In this document: piece after piece, positions 41,633 to 53,910 of the stretch | How positions within the stretch are numbered: the first letter of the stretch is position 1 | Layout: each line of letters opens with the position of its first letter | From: Tubiluchus corallicola | Lineage: Eukaryota; Animalia; Priapulida | Reading direction: 5' to 3' | Length of the DNA stretch: 64,000 nucleotides | Assembly (NCBI GenBank): GCA_030141605.1 | Contig: JAQGDQ010000836.1 | Span: 1 to 64,000, forward strand | The notes under the pieces: model-generated | Database searches by the model: none | Told to the model about the DNA's origin: nothing | What the model saw: only the letters and a program-made list of their open reading frames with translations | Program-made: the position numbers and the translations under genes

Positions 41633-42838
41633 CTGCTGTCTATAACTCTGATTGTCTATAATTTTGTTGCTACAGTTTTGCTGCCTGCAATATTGTAACC
41701 AACCTTGTTCACTCACCGCTTAGTCGGCACCAGTTTGTACCAAAGTGAAATTCAGGAGAAAGAATGAGTCGCATTTGATGCACGAATCTTATTTGTGGAA
41801 ACCTACCTTGTTTCTGGAAATAATAAATTTAAAACTCAATAATACGAGCCAAGAGAAACGATTACCGCTTATTCCGGATTGTATTCTAATATCCCACAGG
41901 TAAAATCACCGTTTTACAATCATACGCTTAGAAAATCCCGCCCTAATGTCGCACGTTCATAACTATACCAACAGGTGTGTACGCTATGCGCGCGTAATGT
42001 ACAGAAGAAAAAACCAAGTTTTGATTATGATTTAAACAAACTTTAAAGAATTTTAGGAATAAGGAGAAAACCCTTCACAGCAGTCTGGTATTTCAATAAT
42101 TAGGAATGCTTAAACAATTCATTCTTTTTTACGTTTCCATGTGTAAATAAGAAATCAAATTTAATGTTAACAGCACAAAGAACTTTACGCAAATTCAAAA
42201 CATTTTACGCAGGTAGAATATTGTGAAGATATTTTACAGTTTAGTAGTTGTCAGAAAATTAAGTATGGAGATTTTATTAAACTATAAAAGAAAAAGGCAA
42301 ATCGATTCCATGGCTAGAATCTGTCAAAACAACCTTCCTACATACGGAGTTCTTGCGTCCTTTAAATGTGATATTTGAAATCTTTAGTTAAACTGCACAA
42401 TCAATACCGTATTTTTCTTTTTACTTAATTAAATGTACACCCACTTAAAGCATTATTAGTACAAGAGTATCATTTCAGATAATTGCTGTGTTGCTTATTC
42501 CATTTTATTATTTTTACTCGGTGTGATCAGAGTTGCGTGCATTCGTTAATTGCGTATAACACATTTTATAGCGATGCTTTCATTTAATTGTCTGTTATCA
42601 TGGCGAAATTGGGCAAATTTGTATGATTAAGACGCATGATTGATATCATATACATAAGTGAAAAGTTATTATACCCACGAACAGGTCAAGGCGGCGGGCA
42701 GATAGCTAAATAGGGGTGGAAAGGGTCAAACAGCGGTGTCGTGTATGGTTCAAATACATACATGTCAATACACACGGTCAAATACATAATTAAAAAAATT
42801 AAAAGTGTAACGTGTGGCATAAATCTCTTGTACTTAAC

Positions 42839-43198
42839 TAACTTTCAATTATGTTAAATTACACCACTGAGATAATTTGAGAAAGTTGTTTTAAATTTAA
42901 CCACAAATTTTCATTTTTACCTTCTTTTTCTTCGTAGCTTTTGTAAAAGGACGCTTCCATATGAAAAGAAATTCGAAACATTTGCTAAGTTTTTATACAC
43001 CATAATATCTATATCTATAGTTAGATAGATATTATACTGTGTAGAAACTTAGCAAATGTTTCGAATGTCTTTTCATATGGAAGTGTCCTTTTACAAAAGC
43101 TACGTAGAAAAAGAAGGTAAAAGTGAAAATTTGGGATTAAATTTAAAACAACTTTCTCATATAATCTCAGCGGTGTAATTTAACATAATTGAAAGTTA
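42839..43198. mobile_element. Near-perfect palindrome of about 360 bp (foldback element)
   Basis: taactttcaattatgttaaattacacc...ataatatctat pairs with atagatattat...ggtgtaatttaacataattgaaagtta; spacer about 10 bp. Confidence 0.85.
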
Positions 43199-43199
43199 A

Positions 43200-43235
43200 T
43201 TATATATATATATATATATATATATGATAGATAGG

Positions 43236-43302
<67 letters not shown>

Positions 43303-43303
43303 T

Positions 43304-43344
<41 letters not shown>

Positions 43345-43345
43345 G
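43200..43345. repeat. (TA)n and (GATA)n microsatellite
   Basis: Direct reading. Confidence 0.97.
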
Positions 43346-45019
43346 TAAATATAGAAATAGAATCTGAGTAATTTAGAATGAAGTTTTCAGATTGTAGTAT
43401 ATTAGCTAAATCTCAAACCGAAAACTATAAATTATTATCAGTTGATTGAACCTCAATTAGGAAGACGCTAATTTAGTTACTTTTAAAGGCAAATGATTCA
43501 CATAAGTGACTTTGTTAGCATAATTATAGAATATACAACTAATTGCTGTTTCATAAGTGTCGTATACTTCAGACCCGTTGCGCTTTGTGCGCTTTGTATG
43601 GGGGATGCATGGCCAAGTGGTTACTTGGCTACTGATCGCATGTGGAGTTTCGAGTGATACAGTGATATACAACTCCTTCACGACTCTCCGGTCCACCTTC
43701 CTGCTTGATAATTCAAAAGATACCTGGTTTTTGAGCACAATAATTGAGGAAAGAGAGGGTCCCCTACCCTCTGACAGAGCCAAAGACGGATGGTTACGAC
43801 ATCTATGTACGAAGCCTCGGCACTAGGACAACTCTCTAGACTTTCGATCGACTCGCCTTTCTTCAGTTAGCTGTCCTCCTTGTGTGCTGCAACACGAGAA
43901 ACAGAGATTCAGCGATCTTGCAGAGCAAGCTGCATCGTGATGGTTTGGTGAAAAATTCGGCGCCTAGTGCCAGATATTGCTGATTCTTTAGGAAAACAAA
44001 CGCATCTGAGATGCGCGGTCAACCACGTAGTGTTTCATTCTAGTAGCAGAAACTTTTTTCACACGTTCTACGCTGTTTGACATTAATTTCATTCCACCTT
44101 TAAAGTTATTGAATGGAGAGCTTTTGAAACTAGTGGCCTTATGTCTGTCTTAAAGCAGCTCAACGATGCGCTTGGCCAGCAGATGGCGCTGGCTGTTTTG
44201 TACGTTATACCTCAATAAACGTGATTACAGCGCACTTCATTTCTACAGGTAGACCACGTTCTTCCGTATTTGCATTCTTGTGGTTTAAAGCAATAAAAAC
44301 ATTTATAATCTTATAAAAAACAGTACATAGAGCACAGTAGCAAGATTTATGCTCTGTTATTGTATTCATTAAACAACAAATAACTTTTCCTCAAGCTTCA
44401 CATATCATAAGCACTATGAAATCTATATGCTTAGTCAATAAACAATCATTATAGACGAATAAATAAATAAGAAAATTTAACAACACTGCTACATAAATAT
44501 ACAAATTAAATAAATTTGATCAATAGGCCTGTCGTAACAATAATAACAACTTAATAAGATAAATATTATTTACACAATTGTCATAAAAATGGCGTGCCTG
44601 TTCAGTTGTCACTTAAAATGTACGAACAGTTATGAAAAATTCTGAAAGGTCACAGTTTTTTAAGCAGTTTGGCATTCAGTGAGTCTCAACCCTGCACTCT
44701 ACGGTAGAGCCTACTGTTAACTACTAATACTCGTAATTGTGGCAGTACCAAAACCTCACTAAATATCAATGAAAATTTTATTAGAAGAGGCGCTGAAACG
44801 GCAACGGTGTATTTCAAACCACGTTTGGAATGTGCAACGACAGAAATAGCTGCAGTCGGTATGACAGATAGGTACCCATTTACTTACTAACCACGACTGG
44901 CGGTGCTTAACTCTTGGAACACACTACGTCCTCAGCTGTACGAATATTACATTGAGTATTCTTATAAGTTAATTAATTAGAGCTAAACAAAAATACAGCA
45001 GATTGTATCTCACACTTAA

Positions 45020-45562
45020 AGAAAAACCGGACGATTGTTTAGACTCAATCTCATTTTAATTTACTGTCCAAAATATACATTTTCTTGCCTATAAAAGTTA
45101 ACAATTGTTCCTTATATTTGAATAATTAGCTTAGAAAGTTAATTAACGGCAACCGAACTCAGCTATTGCTTACGTCAGAAACTAGCCACAGTTTGTGCAA
45201 TGGCAGGCGTCTTCCCTTGCGCGTCAAGCAGATTTGCGTAGGTGTTACAGTGCTGCTTAATGATGTCCCGAAAAATGGGGTTTACATCATATGACGTCAG
45301 AAACTAACACAGCAGTTCATGATTATGCTTATTAAGGTACCGCATTCTATTTGTCGGTCACGCGAATGTGACAAAAAGGTGCCATTGCCAATCTTAGTAC
45401 ATCCACTGAGCCGCGCATAGCTTTGAAAGTTTAGCGAAATTTGAGTATCTGAGGTAATTATTATTTAATCTAAGCTTTGATTTAAAATAAGCTATCGTAG
45501 TTTTCAATATTTTAGAGCATTTTTATTCTGAACTAATGTTCACACAATCATCCGGTTTTCCT
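45020..45562 (+). mobile_element. TTAA-target MITE family A, copy 2
   Basis: Same TIRs and body as 37682-38230, TTAA on both sides. Confidence 0.85.
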
Positions 45563-45798
45563 TTAATAACCTCTGATATATTTTGCATAAAGAGTCGTAA
45601 TACATAGCATAGAGGTGGAAATGATAAGCTCCAAATATCGGTTCAATTTGAACTATAAAAACGGTAAATTAAGATCGAGTTCAGTGCCTATTTGCAGATC
45701 ATTTCACAAAGCTACAGCTTCACAAGAGTTTAGGCTTGTCCAACCCTGAGAGCTCCGGGATTATAAAAGTAAAAATATACTATAGAGGTGATGCTATG

Positions 45799-45959
45799 TT
45801 AAAAAGGCGCGTTTTTTATTATTTTTCTGTTCCTATAGCACATCAAAACGGTGACAACGACGGCGGCGAGGATGATGATAGACATGATAATGACGCCAGC
45901 CATAAAACCACCCTTACTGATGCAAAAACCCTCATTTGTCTCTGAATAGTTCCTGAAAT
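45799..45959 (-). CDS. ZP-domain protein, last coding exon (TM helix and short basic tail)
   Basis: Acceptor ttttcttccag, phase 1; (Y)FRNYSETNEGFCISKGGFMAGVIIMSIIILAAVVVTVLMCYRNRKIIKNAPF*. Confidence 0.88.
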
Positions 45960-46299
45960 CTGGAAGAAAAATAATACCATGATAAAAGCAGATAAATCAC
46001 AGAAGTCACACTTACTTATTTAGATAACGTTAAAGACAAGTAAAGGCCAGTGCACACAGATGTTGCAATTTAGTGACGGTAAGTGCGGTTCTTGCAGCGT
46101 GTGAAAGCTACCGGAACTGACTTGATTAAAGAATCAATGAATTAATAACCAATCAACAATCGTTTAGTGGTGATTTGGGAAAGAAGAGTGCTAAGGGAGT
46201 GAATGCTTCATAAGATTAAACTAAACATTTTGCTAATTAGATTATTTTTTACGTAATTTCATTTAGGCTAAGTTAACCTTAAAAAAGCATGGGACAAGA

Positions 46300-46521
46300 A
46301 CACCTTGAATTACAGTACATAAACATCTTGAATAAAAGTATATAAACATGTTGAATTACGGTACGCAAAACATCTTGAACTATAGTACATAAAACATCTT
46401 GAATTACAGTACATAAAACATCTTGAATTGCAGTACATAAAACATCTTGAATTACAGTACATAAAACATCTTGAATTGCAGTACATAAAACATCTTGAAT
46501 TACAGTACATAAAACATCTTG
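46300..46521. repeat. 24-bp minisatellite, about 9 copies
   Basis: Unit catcttgaattacagtacataaaa. Confidence 0.92.
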
Positions 46522-46771
46522 TACCCGACGATTTTAAATACTATAACTTTGCATAATGAATGGGTTTGTTTGTGTGGAAACCTAGTTCTTATCACAAAAA
46601 TGAAATATACGGTATATGTACGTGAACAAAGTTTGCACCACAACAACTAAATTATACTTGACGTTTCGAATCTGCAACTTGGTTCATCATCAACTACAGT
46701 ATTATGCCATGTTTCATTTTTGTGATTTGCATGACGAAGTCTCCACTAATGATACTTTTAATGATACTTAC

Positions 46772-46907
46772 ACTTTTCTACATTAACCCTTTCGTCTCCA
46801 GGTATAAACACAGCCACATTACGGTATAACTCCATCTCTTCCGCTATGGTCACGTTTCTAAACTCCTCAGTTTCTCTTTTATACCTTTTATTTCCATCGC
46901 AAGAAGG
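46772..46907 (-). CDS. ZP-domain protein, coding exon 6 (furin site and hydrophobic patch)
   Basis: ttttgtttag|PSCDGNKRYKRETEEFRNVTIAEEMELYRNVAVFIPGDERVNVEK|gtaagt; phases 0 to 1 match the neighbouring exons. Confidence 0.88.
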
Positions 46908-47253
46908 CTAAACAAAAAAGTAAAAAATAAGAAAGATGGTAGTATAGCGTGCTTTTATAAAAGACAATACTTTAAGGCAGAACAAAAGCTATGTCTTTAT
47001 TACAAAAAAAGCTAGTCTATACGACACCGTAGGACTTAAAACTTACATTAACGCTTTTTAAGAAGCCTGAAAAACTAAAGTGGAGATTTCACAATATGGT
47101 TTGCAAGAAGATTATTCAAGTAACATCCAGGGATTATGTTAGAACTGAAATAACATGAATCATATAACAACAAGATAACCTAATATCGTTTATAAACATT
47201 ATCGGAACAAGGCTTCATAAAATAACGAAATGTCATCAAAGAAGTGAAATTAC

Positions 47254-47495
47254 CTGGTAGCATTTATGCTGACAAAGTTGAATATTGCAAGTGAAATAGA
47301 CGTTCTGTTTGTCTGGGAATTTGAAAGCTCGGAAGTGAGCAAAAGCAGCGGTTTGGTACTTCTCTATCGTCTGCTTTTGAGGATGTTGGATAATTTTTGG
47401 CACTAATGAGCAACCGTATTCGTCGAAGAGTACAACGTGATGCTTGCCGTATCCGTCGTGAGCTACGCATGTGCTGACAAAGATGTCATAATTCG
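47254..47495 (-). CDS. ZP-domain protein, coding exon 5 (ZP-C)
   Basis: NYDIFVSTCVAHDGYGKHHVVLFDEYGCSLVPKII...FAHFRAFKFPDKQNVYFTCNIQLCQHKCYQ, with the cuticlin-type ZP-C signatures DEYGC and FRAFKFP; AG/GT boundaries, phases 1 to 0. Confidence 0.92.
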
Positions 47496-47759
47496 CTAAA
47501 AGAGAAAAGGAATTTTTTAAACAGCTGGTTAGAATAACTTAGTTTGTCATACTAGTAACACTTTGTGCTTTAAACAAAATTGTCAAAGAATAAGGCAAAT
47601 AAGGTCTAACAAATTCATTTTGCAGTAAAAGAATTTGCCCGTCAGTGTGTTGCAACAAGAAGAGCAAAAGTGTTAATACCTTTAGATAGTGGCACACCAG
47701 CAGTAACGGTAGCAATGGCAACAGCAACAAGAGCATTAGCACTAGCATAACCGCAAAAG

Positions 47760-47762
47760 TTT

Positions 47763-47797
<35 letters not shown>

Positions 47798-48430
47798 CCA
47801 ATAGCAGCAGTAGTAGTAGCTGCAGCAGTAGCAGTAGCAGTAGCAGCAGCAACAGCCGCTGCAGCATCAGCATCAGCATCAGCAACAGCAACAGCAGCAG
47901 CAGCAGTTGTACCAATAGCAGCAGTAATAGTAGCTGCAGCAGTAGCAGTAGCAGTAGCAGCAGCAGCAGCAACAGCCGCTGCAGCATCAGCATCAGCATC
48001 AGCAGCAGCATCAGCAGCAGCAGTTGTACCAATAGCAGCAGTAGTAGTAGCTGCAGCAGTAGCAGTAGCAGTAGCAGCAGCAGCAGTAGCATCAGCATCA
48101 TCATCATCAGCAGCAGCAGCAGCAGCACTTGTTGTAGCAATAGCAGCAGTAGTAGTAGCTGTAGCAGCAGCAGTAGCAGTAGCAGCAGCAGCAGCAGTAG
48201 CATCATCAGCAGCAGTAGCAGCAGCAGCATCAGTAGCAGCAGCAGTAGCAGCATCAGCAGCTGCAGCATCAGCAGCAGCGCCAGCAGCAGCAGCAGCAGC
48301 AACAACCGCTGCAGCATCAGCATCAGCAACAGCAGCAGCAGTAGCAGCATCAGCAGCAGCACCACCACCACCAGCAGCAGCATCAGCAACAGCCGCTGCA
48401 GCATCGGCATCAGCAGCAGCAGCAGCAATG
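47760..48430. repeat. Intronic (GCA/GTA)n degenerate trinucleotide repeat
   Basis: Direct reading; lies between phase-compatible ZP exons. Confidence 0.93.
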
Positions 48431-48804
48431 CAGCATATAGCAGCGGGAGCAGTTATTAGCAACAGTAAGTTGACAATAAGCTATGGTAGTGACATCAGCT
48501 AATAGTAACAGCATTGGTAACCGCGACAATACATTGAAACGGTAGCTGTAACAGCATCACAGTAGGAGTTACAGTAGCAAACAGCAGCAGTGGAGTTGGC
48601 AGTAGCAACAGTAGGAGCTGTTGCAGTATTACAGAAGCAGCTGCTTTGTGCTGCCACCTAGTGTAAAAATTAATATCAAAACGATCTGTAGAGCGAGAGA
48701 ACGCAACGTACTTGTCCCAGCTTTGCTCAGACATAGCACGCTTGAATCACTGCGAAAATTATCCCTCGAAGAAACAAACTGAAGATTGTACAACTAATAC
48801 TTAC

Positions 48805-48956
48805 TGTTGTCAGCTAAAATAATGACCAACGTCCCATAATCACCCACCAGCAGCCCGTTGGTATTTGGCGCCCTGATGTCTTTGCCAGCCACAACCTTGA
48901 TTGAAACATCAGGTATAGGAATCTTGTAGACTGGTGCAGGAGTCGTCTGTAGCATT
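48805..48956 (-). CDS. ZP-domain protein, coding exon 4 (linker / start of ZP-C)
   Basis: tttcag|a MLQTTPAPVYKIPIPDVSIKVVAGKDIRAPNTNGLLVGDYGTLVIILADN a|gtaagt; phases 2 to 1. Confidence 0.88.
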
Positions 48957-49145
48957 CTGAAATCAAACGCAAACGCAAACGTTACAGAGCATATAATCAT
49001 ATCCTACATACTTAGAATTCAATAAATAGTGAATATGAAATCAACTCGATAAAATCAAAATTAAATATAATTCAATAATAATTCCAAAAAGGCTGTAAGA
49101 GCACAGACCACTGGCGAAAACACAAATTTGTCGAGTATCTCTCTA

Positions 49146-49264
49146 AACTACGGCCAAATCACGTTGAAAACACCGGTGCTCGTCTGATCACCGAAGTTAA
49201 GCAACGTAGAGCCTGGTTAGTACTTGCATGGGTGACCGCCTAGGAATACCAGGTGCTGTAGCTT
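49146..49264 (+). rRNA. 5S rRNA-like sequence (head of a retroposed element, probably not a functional gene)
   Basis: About 119 nt matching eukaryotic 5S (ctacggcca...ctcgtctgatc...gaagttaagca...cctggttagtacttgcatgggtgaccgcctaggaataccaggtgctgtagctt); no oligo-T terminator follows. Confidence 0.8.
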
Positions 49265-49688
49265 GCGGGATGCCCACACTGTATCTGGACAGTAGGCGGA
49301 GGAGCTGCACAGGCAGCCAACGGCTAGAGGGCGGAGGAGGTCAAGTGACCCAACGGCCATGTGTAGAGGAGTAAACCTTCCAAATCAGGAGTGGAGCCCC
49401 GAAGGCGGACCAGTGCAGCATGCTCACTGACTCCGGCAGCTCCTGCAGCCAACCTGGTGCCAAATGTATCGCTCCGCTTTCCTTTGGACTACACCAGCGA
49501 GGAAGAGAGGGGTTCCTGTTGTCTGGGCCACTCAGGATCTCCATACGCCTTGCCCAGGCGTGCGCCCTGGAGACGTTCAAGGATCGCACTGCTCAGCCAA
49601 AGTCGACGCTGCTGCTCCATCAATGTGATCAATAACTGACTCTCTTGGCGCACATTCCATTGCCTTCCGAGACAGAAGGACGCCAACC
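49150..49688 (+). mobile_element. 5S-derived SINE (SINE3-type), about 540 bp, with target-site duplication
   Basis: 5S head plus GC-rich body, flanked by atctctctaaact (49137-49149) and atttctctaaact (49689-49701). Confidence 0.75.
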
Positions 49689-50478
49689 ATTTCTCTAAAC
49701 TCAAAAAACGCGATTAAGAGAACCTCAGCTTATATTGCTTCTCTTCCTTGCTGTTAGAAGTCCACGCAATATGCTTGAGTATTACTATCACTGTTACAAT
49801 GCTTGGGTCTCCTTCTATTAAAACTCTCATTGAAAATACTCACTGCGCAAAGATAAAACACTCAGAAAAAAAGCAACTTGCTGGCCATGATGAATTTTGA
49901 GATCAGTTCAATTTTAAACCAACACGAATATATTAATTATCGTATCTAGTGCATAAAATTTGTTCGAAGGTTGAAGGGTTTGACAAGAGTTTGAAGGGTT
50001 AACCAACCATTAGACAAAACGTATGACGTCTGTCGTCTGCAAGCGGCTTGCTAAGCAGTTACTTGAAGTCAGTATAGGAAATCTTTCACAATCATGTACG
50101 AGTTAAGAAGTTCATAAGATTGCCAGCATGGTTCTGCTGTTTCGTGAAGTTTTTTTGAAGTTTTTGTTATTATCACACTCAGTACAATATAATGACGTGT
50201 AATACACGGTAACATCAAAAAATTGTTCCACATACTAATAAATTATTTTATTATGTAATTATTAAATGATAATGTATCATACACTATCGTTATCATAAAA
50301 GAATATTTGTACTGCAGTGGGCTAGAGTAGCAAAGGCTTGTATAAGCCCACTGTCATGTGAACCAGATAAAAAAAGAATGGATGAGCGAACAAAAAAAGA
50401 ACTGGGAGAAAGGTTAGATCACACAGGACCGGAAGAAGCATGTGTTAGTGGAAATAGTAGGAAGAAAGATACACTTAC

Positions 50479-50642
50479 GGTACTGTGACCCCAGTATCCA
50501 AGCTCTTAGGTTTTGGGGATTCGAACTCGCACGCCACACTGTAGGCTCTGTCCCAAGCTTCTAGGATGGCCAGAGTTGATTCCATCATGACTATGATCAC
50601 GTTCTGAAAACGCGTTTTCTTCACGTCACCGTATCCCTTTAC
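50479..50642 (-). CDS. ZP-domain protein, coding exon 3 (second half of ZP-N)
   Basis: atttcag|VKGYGDVKKTRFQNVIIVMMESTLAILEAWDRAYSVACEFESPKPKSLDTGVTVP|gtaagt; phases 0 to 2. Confidence 0.92.
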
Positions 50643-52987
50643 CTGAAATTAAAATCAATGCATTATTGTCTTGACAAATGGTACGTAATTCAGAATTTAC
50701 AATAAGAGTGCGCACTGCTGTGAAAAAGCATAAAAGCACAACATAAAGGCTGTCACGTTTATTACGTATTTCCTTTGTATGTCATTTCGAAAATCAGGCG
50801 AGAGCGCACTAGCGCCACCAGTAGCCAAAATGACGAAGTGGGGAAACAATTTTAGAATCCACAAAGAGATCTACTTAACGTTACGTTAAGTAGTCAGCAA
50901 ATAACAAACTTTTAGTGGCTTTTTAACATTGCCAATCAAAACTAAAAGATAAGCCTTTCAGTGAGCTTACAAACCAAAACCGTCTATAAATTGGCATAGT
51001 TAAAACTACGTTATGATGCTTCGAAGTAAAATGCACCAAAATTTTGATCTAATGTTACTTTTTGTTTTTTATAAAAACAAGCGCTACATATATTGAACTT
51101 TTATATTCCAGCAGCAGATTATCAAGATAATGTCCAAAAAATAATAAAAATTTAATTTTATAACCCCGTGCCCATTTCTCTGCCTAGAAACTAGTACTGC
51201 AGTTGTAAAGAACTTGTATTTTCAAACTCCGATTAGCTTGGGGAAGCAATCATTTTGCTTCGGATTTTTTTCTGTCGACAAGCCCAGATCTTCGTCAGGA
51301 AGAGCCATCTACTGGATTTAAACATAACTTCAATTTGCTCGTGTAAGTCCATAGCAACCGACATTTGTACGGTTGCTAAGAGTTTTGTAGAGACGCGACA
51401 AAAAACAATGGCTGACTTTAACGGAGATTTTCTCAAGATTATGTTTTTCAGTGAGCAGCCTGCACCTCAACTTCAACGTGGATCATCTCAGCTTAGAAAT
51501 AACATAGAGCGATGAGCTTGGTATCAAAATGATCCTCATGAAATGGAGATTCAGGTTGTGTGAATAAATAGAATAGCTTAATTGCCAACTTATGGACGAT
51601 TTTGCTATGCAAGCACACCTGAATAAGTGGTCTCTACTTTGCTCGTACACCCGAATGTTCTACGAGAAATTAACCGCAATTTACGTAATTATGCCAACTT
51701 ACACTTTAAACAGAGGTAAGTCTCTATTTCTTTTATAGCAAACAATACCTTTGTTACTCGAATTTCACTTCTGTCAAATGAAAAATTGACATCAGCCCAC
51801 ACGCGAAAGTTTCTGTTTGTTATTTAGATTCTTATGTTTGTTTTTCAGATCATAGCTTACCTAATAGTTAATTGGAGGTTAAAGACTTTAATCACACGTC
51901 TGAAGCGCAGGTGTACACTGACATTCAACAATCTATTTTGTCAGCTTTATATCAAAGTTGATGGCTTTCAGCACGCGCAACAAAGCAAGTTGTTTGTTTG
52001 CTAAAATTGGGAGCAATAATTTATTTTTAAAACCAAGACTTTCTTCCTCCTACTAACACTTATCGAATGTTCGCTTTAATTTGTGCTTTTACATTCAGTG
52101 ACACAGAAATTTACAACGTTCAGAGTAATTGGTTCATTCAGTAAACAACATGGCGGCATTTTTATGCTTTCACCAATTGCTGCTGTTTTATAATAAAATA
52201 ACAACATCTTTTGCAAAAACATTGCGCGAAGCTTGGAATTATTTATTATTATTTATTTATTATTGACATTTATTTATATATTAAAATTGTATAAAAGAAA
52301 CAATCAGCAGGCGCATGCGCACTTACGTTGATTCCATAAGACAAAAAGATGCGCAAAAATAAAATTTCTAAAAACAATACCATAAAATTAAATATCTCTC
52401 ACTAAAAAGCTCATAATTAAATGTATCTAAATATGAATTATATGCTATATACAACACGTTTATACAATAATGACATTTGGAGAGACCCAATTACGCCAAT
52501 GACAATGTCAAGCCTACATGTTTCGGATAAAGCTGCAATAGGACAGTAAATTAACATTAGCTAGTCTTTTAGTGAAAACTGACAAACTGGTAGCAAGAAC
52601 TACATTAGTGAGAGAAGAATTAGAAGCAACCTAATACTTCTAAGTTCCACGTTAGTCTAAAATGTAAACAATTAAACTATTTAGTTTATTATTATTGATT
52701 AAATACTAACGTATTTAATTATTAAAAGTTACGATGAAAGTCAGTACAGCCGCGGATGTAGAGCTCCAGTCTAAACATGCCTTAAAAGTGACTAAGCACA
52801 ACATTGAGCCTGCGCCTGCGTAAACCAGTGCCAAGCGTAGAGATCATGTTAATGTGAGCTAGTCAGCTAGACCAAGGGCGCCTGAAATCTATTAATTATG
52901 TTAATTATCTTTCATTACTTCGTAATATTTTTTTATATTGTGGTATACCTTTTCCGAGGGATATCGTGCAAGAACAAATGAGGAGTA

Positions 52988-53371
52988 GGGTGTGGTGAAA
53001 ATAACTTTTTTTATCCAAACTTTTTACAACTTTTCCGACTTTGTAGGTTCGATGAGATACTAACATGGGTAAATTTTCAGCTTGATTAAGCTTTGGGAAC
53101 ACGTGTCTTCACTCATTTGTGTGCGATAGCTATTAATCATTGCAAACTACAGGTGAAAATTGCTCGGTCAGTGGAGTGGATATAATAGTTTTTAAGGTAT
53201 GTCGAATTACTACACAAATGAGCATAATTTCGAAATGTTAAGATAAGTGGAGACACGTGTTCCCAAAGCTTAATCTAGCTGAAAATTTTCCCATGTTAGT
53301 ATCTCAACAAACATCCAAAGTAGGAAAAGTTGTAAAAAGATTGGATAAAAAAAGTTATTTTCACCACACCC
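52988..53371. mobile_element. MITE with about 125-bp TIRs and TA target site
   Basis: ta|gggtgtggtgaaaataac... pairs with ...gttattttcaccacaccc|ta. Confidence 0.8.
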
Positions 53372-53477
53372 TATTGAGGAGTGATAAGAACAAACGGCAT
53401 CTTGGTTAGTACATCTTTTACGCTGTCAAATTGCACATCTTAGTATTAGAAAAGTTATCAGAAAGTGAATTCTGTAC

Positions 53478-53665
53478 CTCTGTTTCCTCGGTGCCGCAAC
53501 CGTCAAGTGGAAAGTGGAAGTCTATGGTGTCGTGACCAGTGCCATAGATATAACAACGATCAGCATCAAAATAGCCCTTATTGTAGATCTTTCCATTGAA
53601 ATAATTGTTGAATTTTATGTGAACCTGCATGTATTTTCCCTCCATGTCACACTGCACTAGAATAT
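53478..53665 (-). CDS. ZP-domain protein, coding exon 2 (first half of ZP-N)
   Basis: ttttccag|(D)ILVQCDMEGKYMQVHIKFNNYFNGKIYNKGYFDADRCYIYGTGHDTIDFHFPLDGCGTEETE|gtacag; the FxGxIYxKG...C...CG pattern is typical of cuticlin ZP-N. Confidence 0.92.
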
Positions 53666-53689
53666 CTGGAAAAAAATCAATGAAAAAAT

Positions 53690-53910
53690 CTATGAAAAAA
53701 CAAAAAAAGGGACAAAGAAGAAAGAATAAATAAAGGAAAAGAAAGAAAAGAAAAGCAAAGAAAAGAAAAAGAAAAAAGCAAAGAAAAGAAAAGGAAAGAA
53801 AAGAAAAGGAAAAGAAAGAGGGAAAAAGTAAGACAAGAAACGGGAAAAGAAGAATAAATGAAGCAAAGAGAGAAAAGGAAAATAAAAAAGAAAAGGAAAG
53901 AAGGAAATGT
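53690..53910. repeat. Purine-rich low-complexity tract
   Basis: Direct reading. Confidence 0.85.

Noticed and set aside
43457-43783. 108-aa ORF containing RTKR as the ZP gene's terminal exon
   Set aside because: The furin site, TM helix and stop are already supplied by exons 46772-46907 and 45799-45959.
47539-48462. Ala-rich antifreeze-like 307-aa ORF
   Set aside because: Degenerate (GCA)n repeat inside a ZP intron; the flanking exons join in phase without it. The same reasoning applies to the 41050-41716 ORFs.
49146-49264. Functional stand-alone 5S rRNA gene
   Set aside because: No T-run terminator, single intronic copy fused to a longer body, and a flanking TSD overlaps its first bases.
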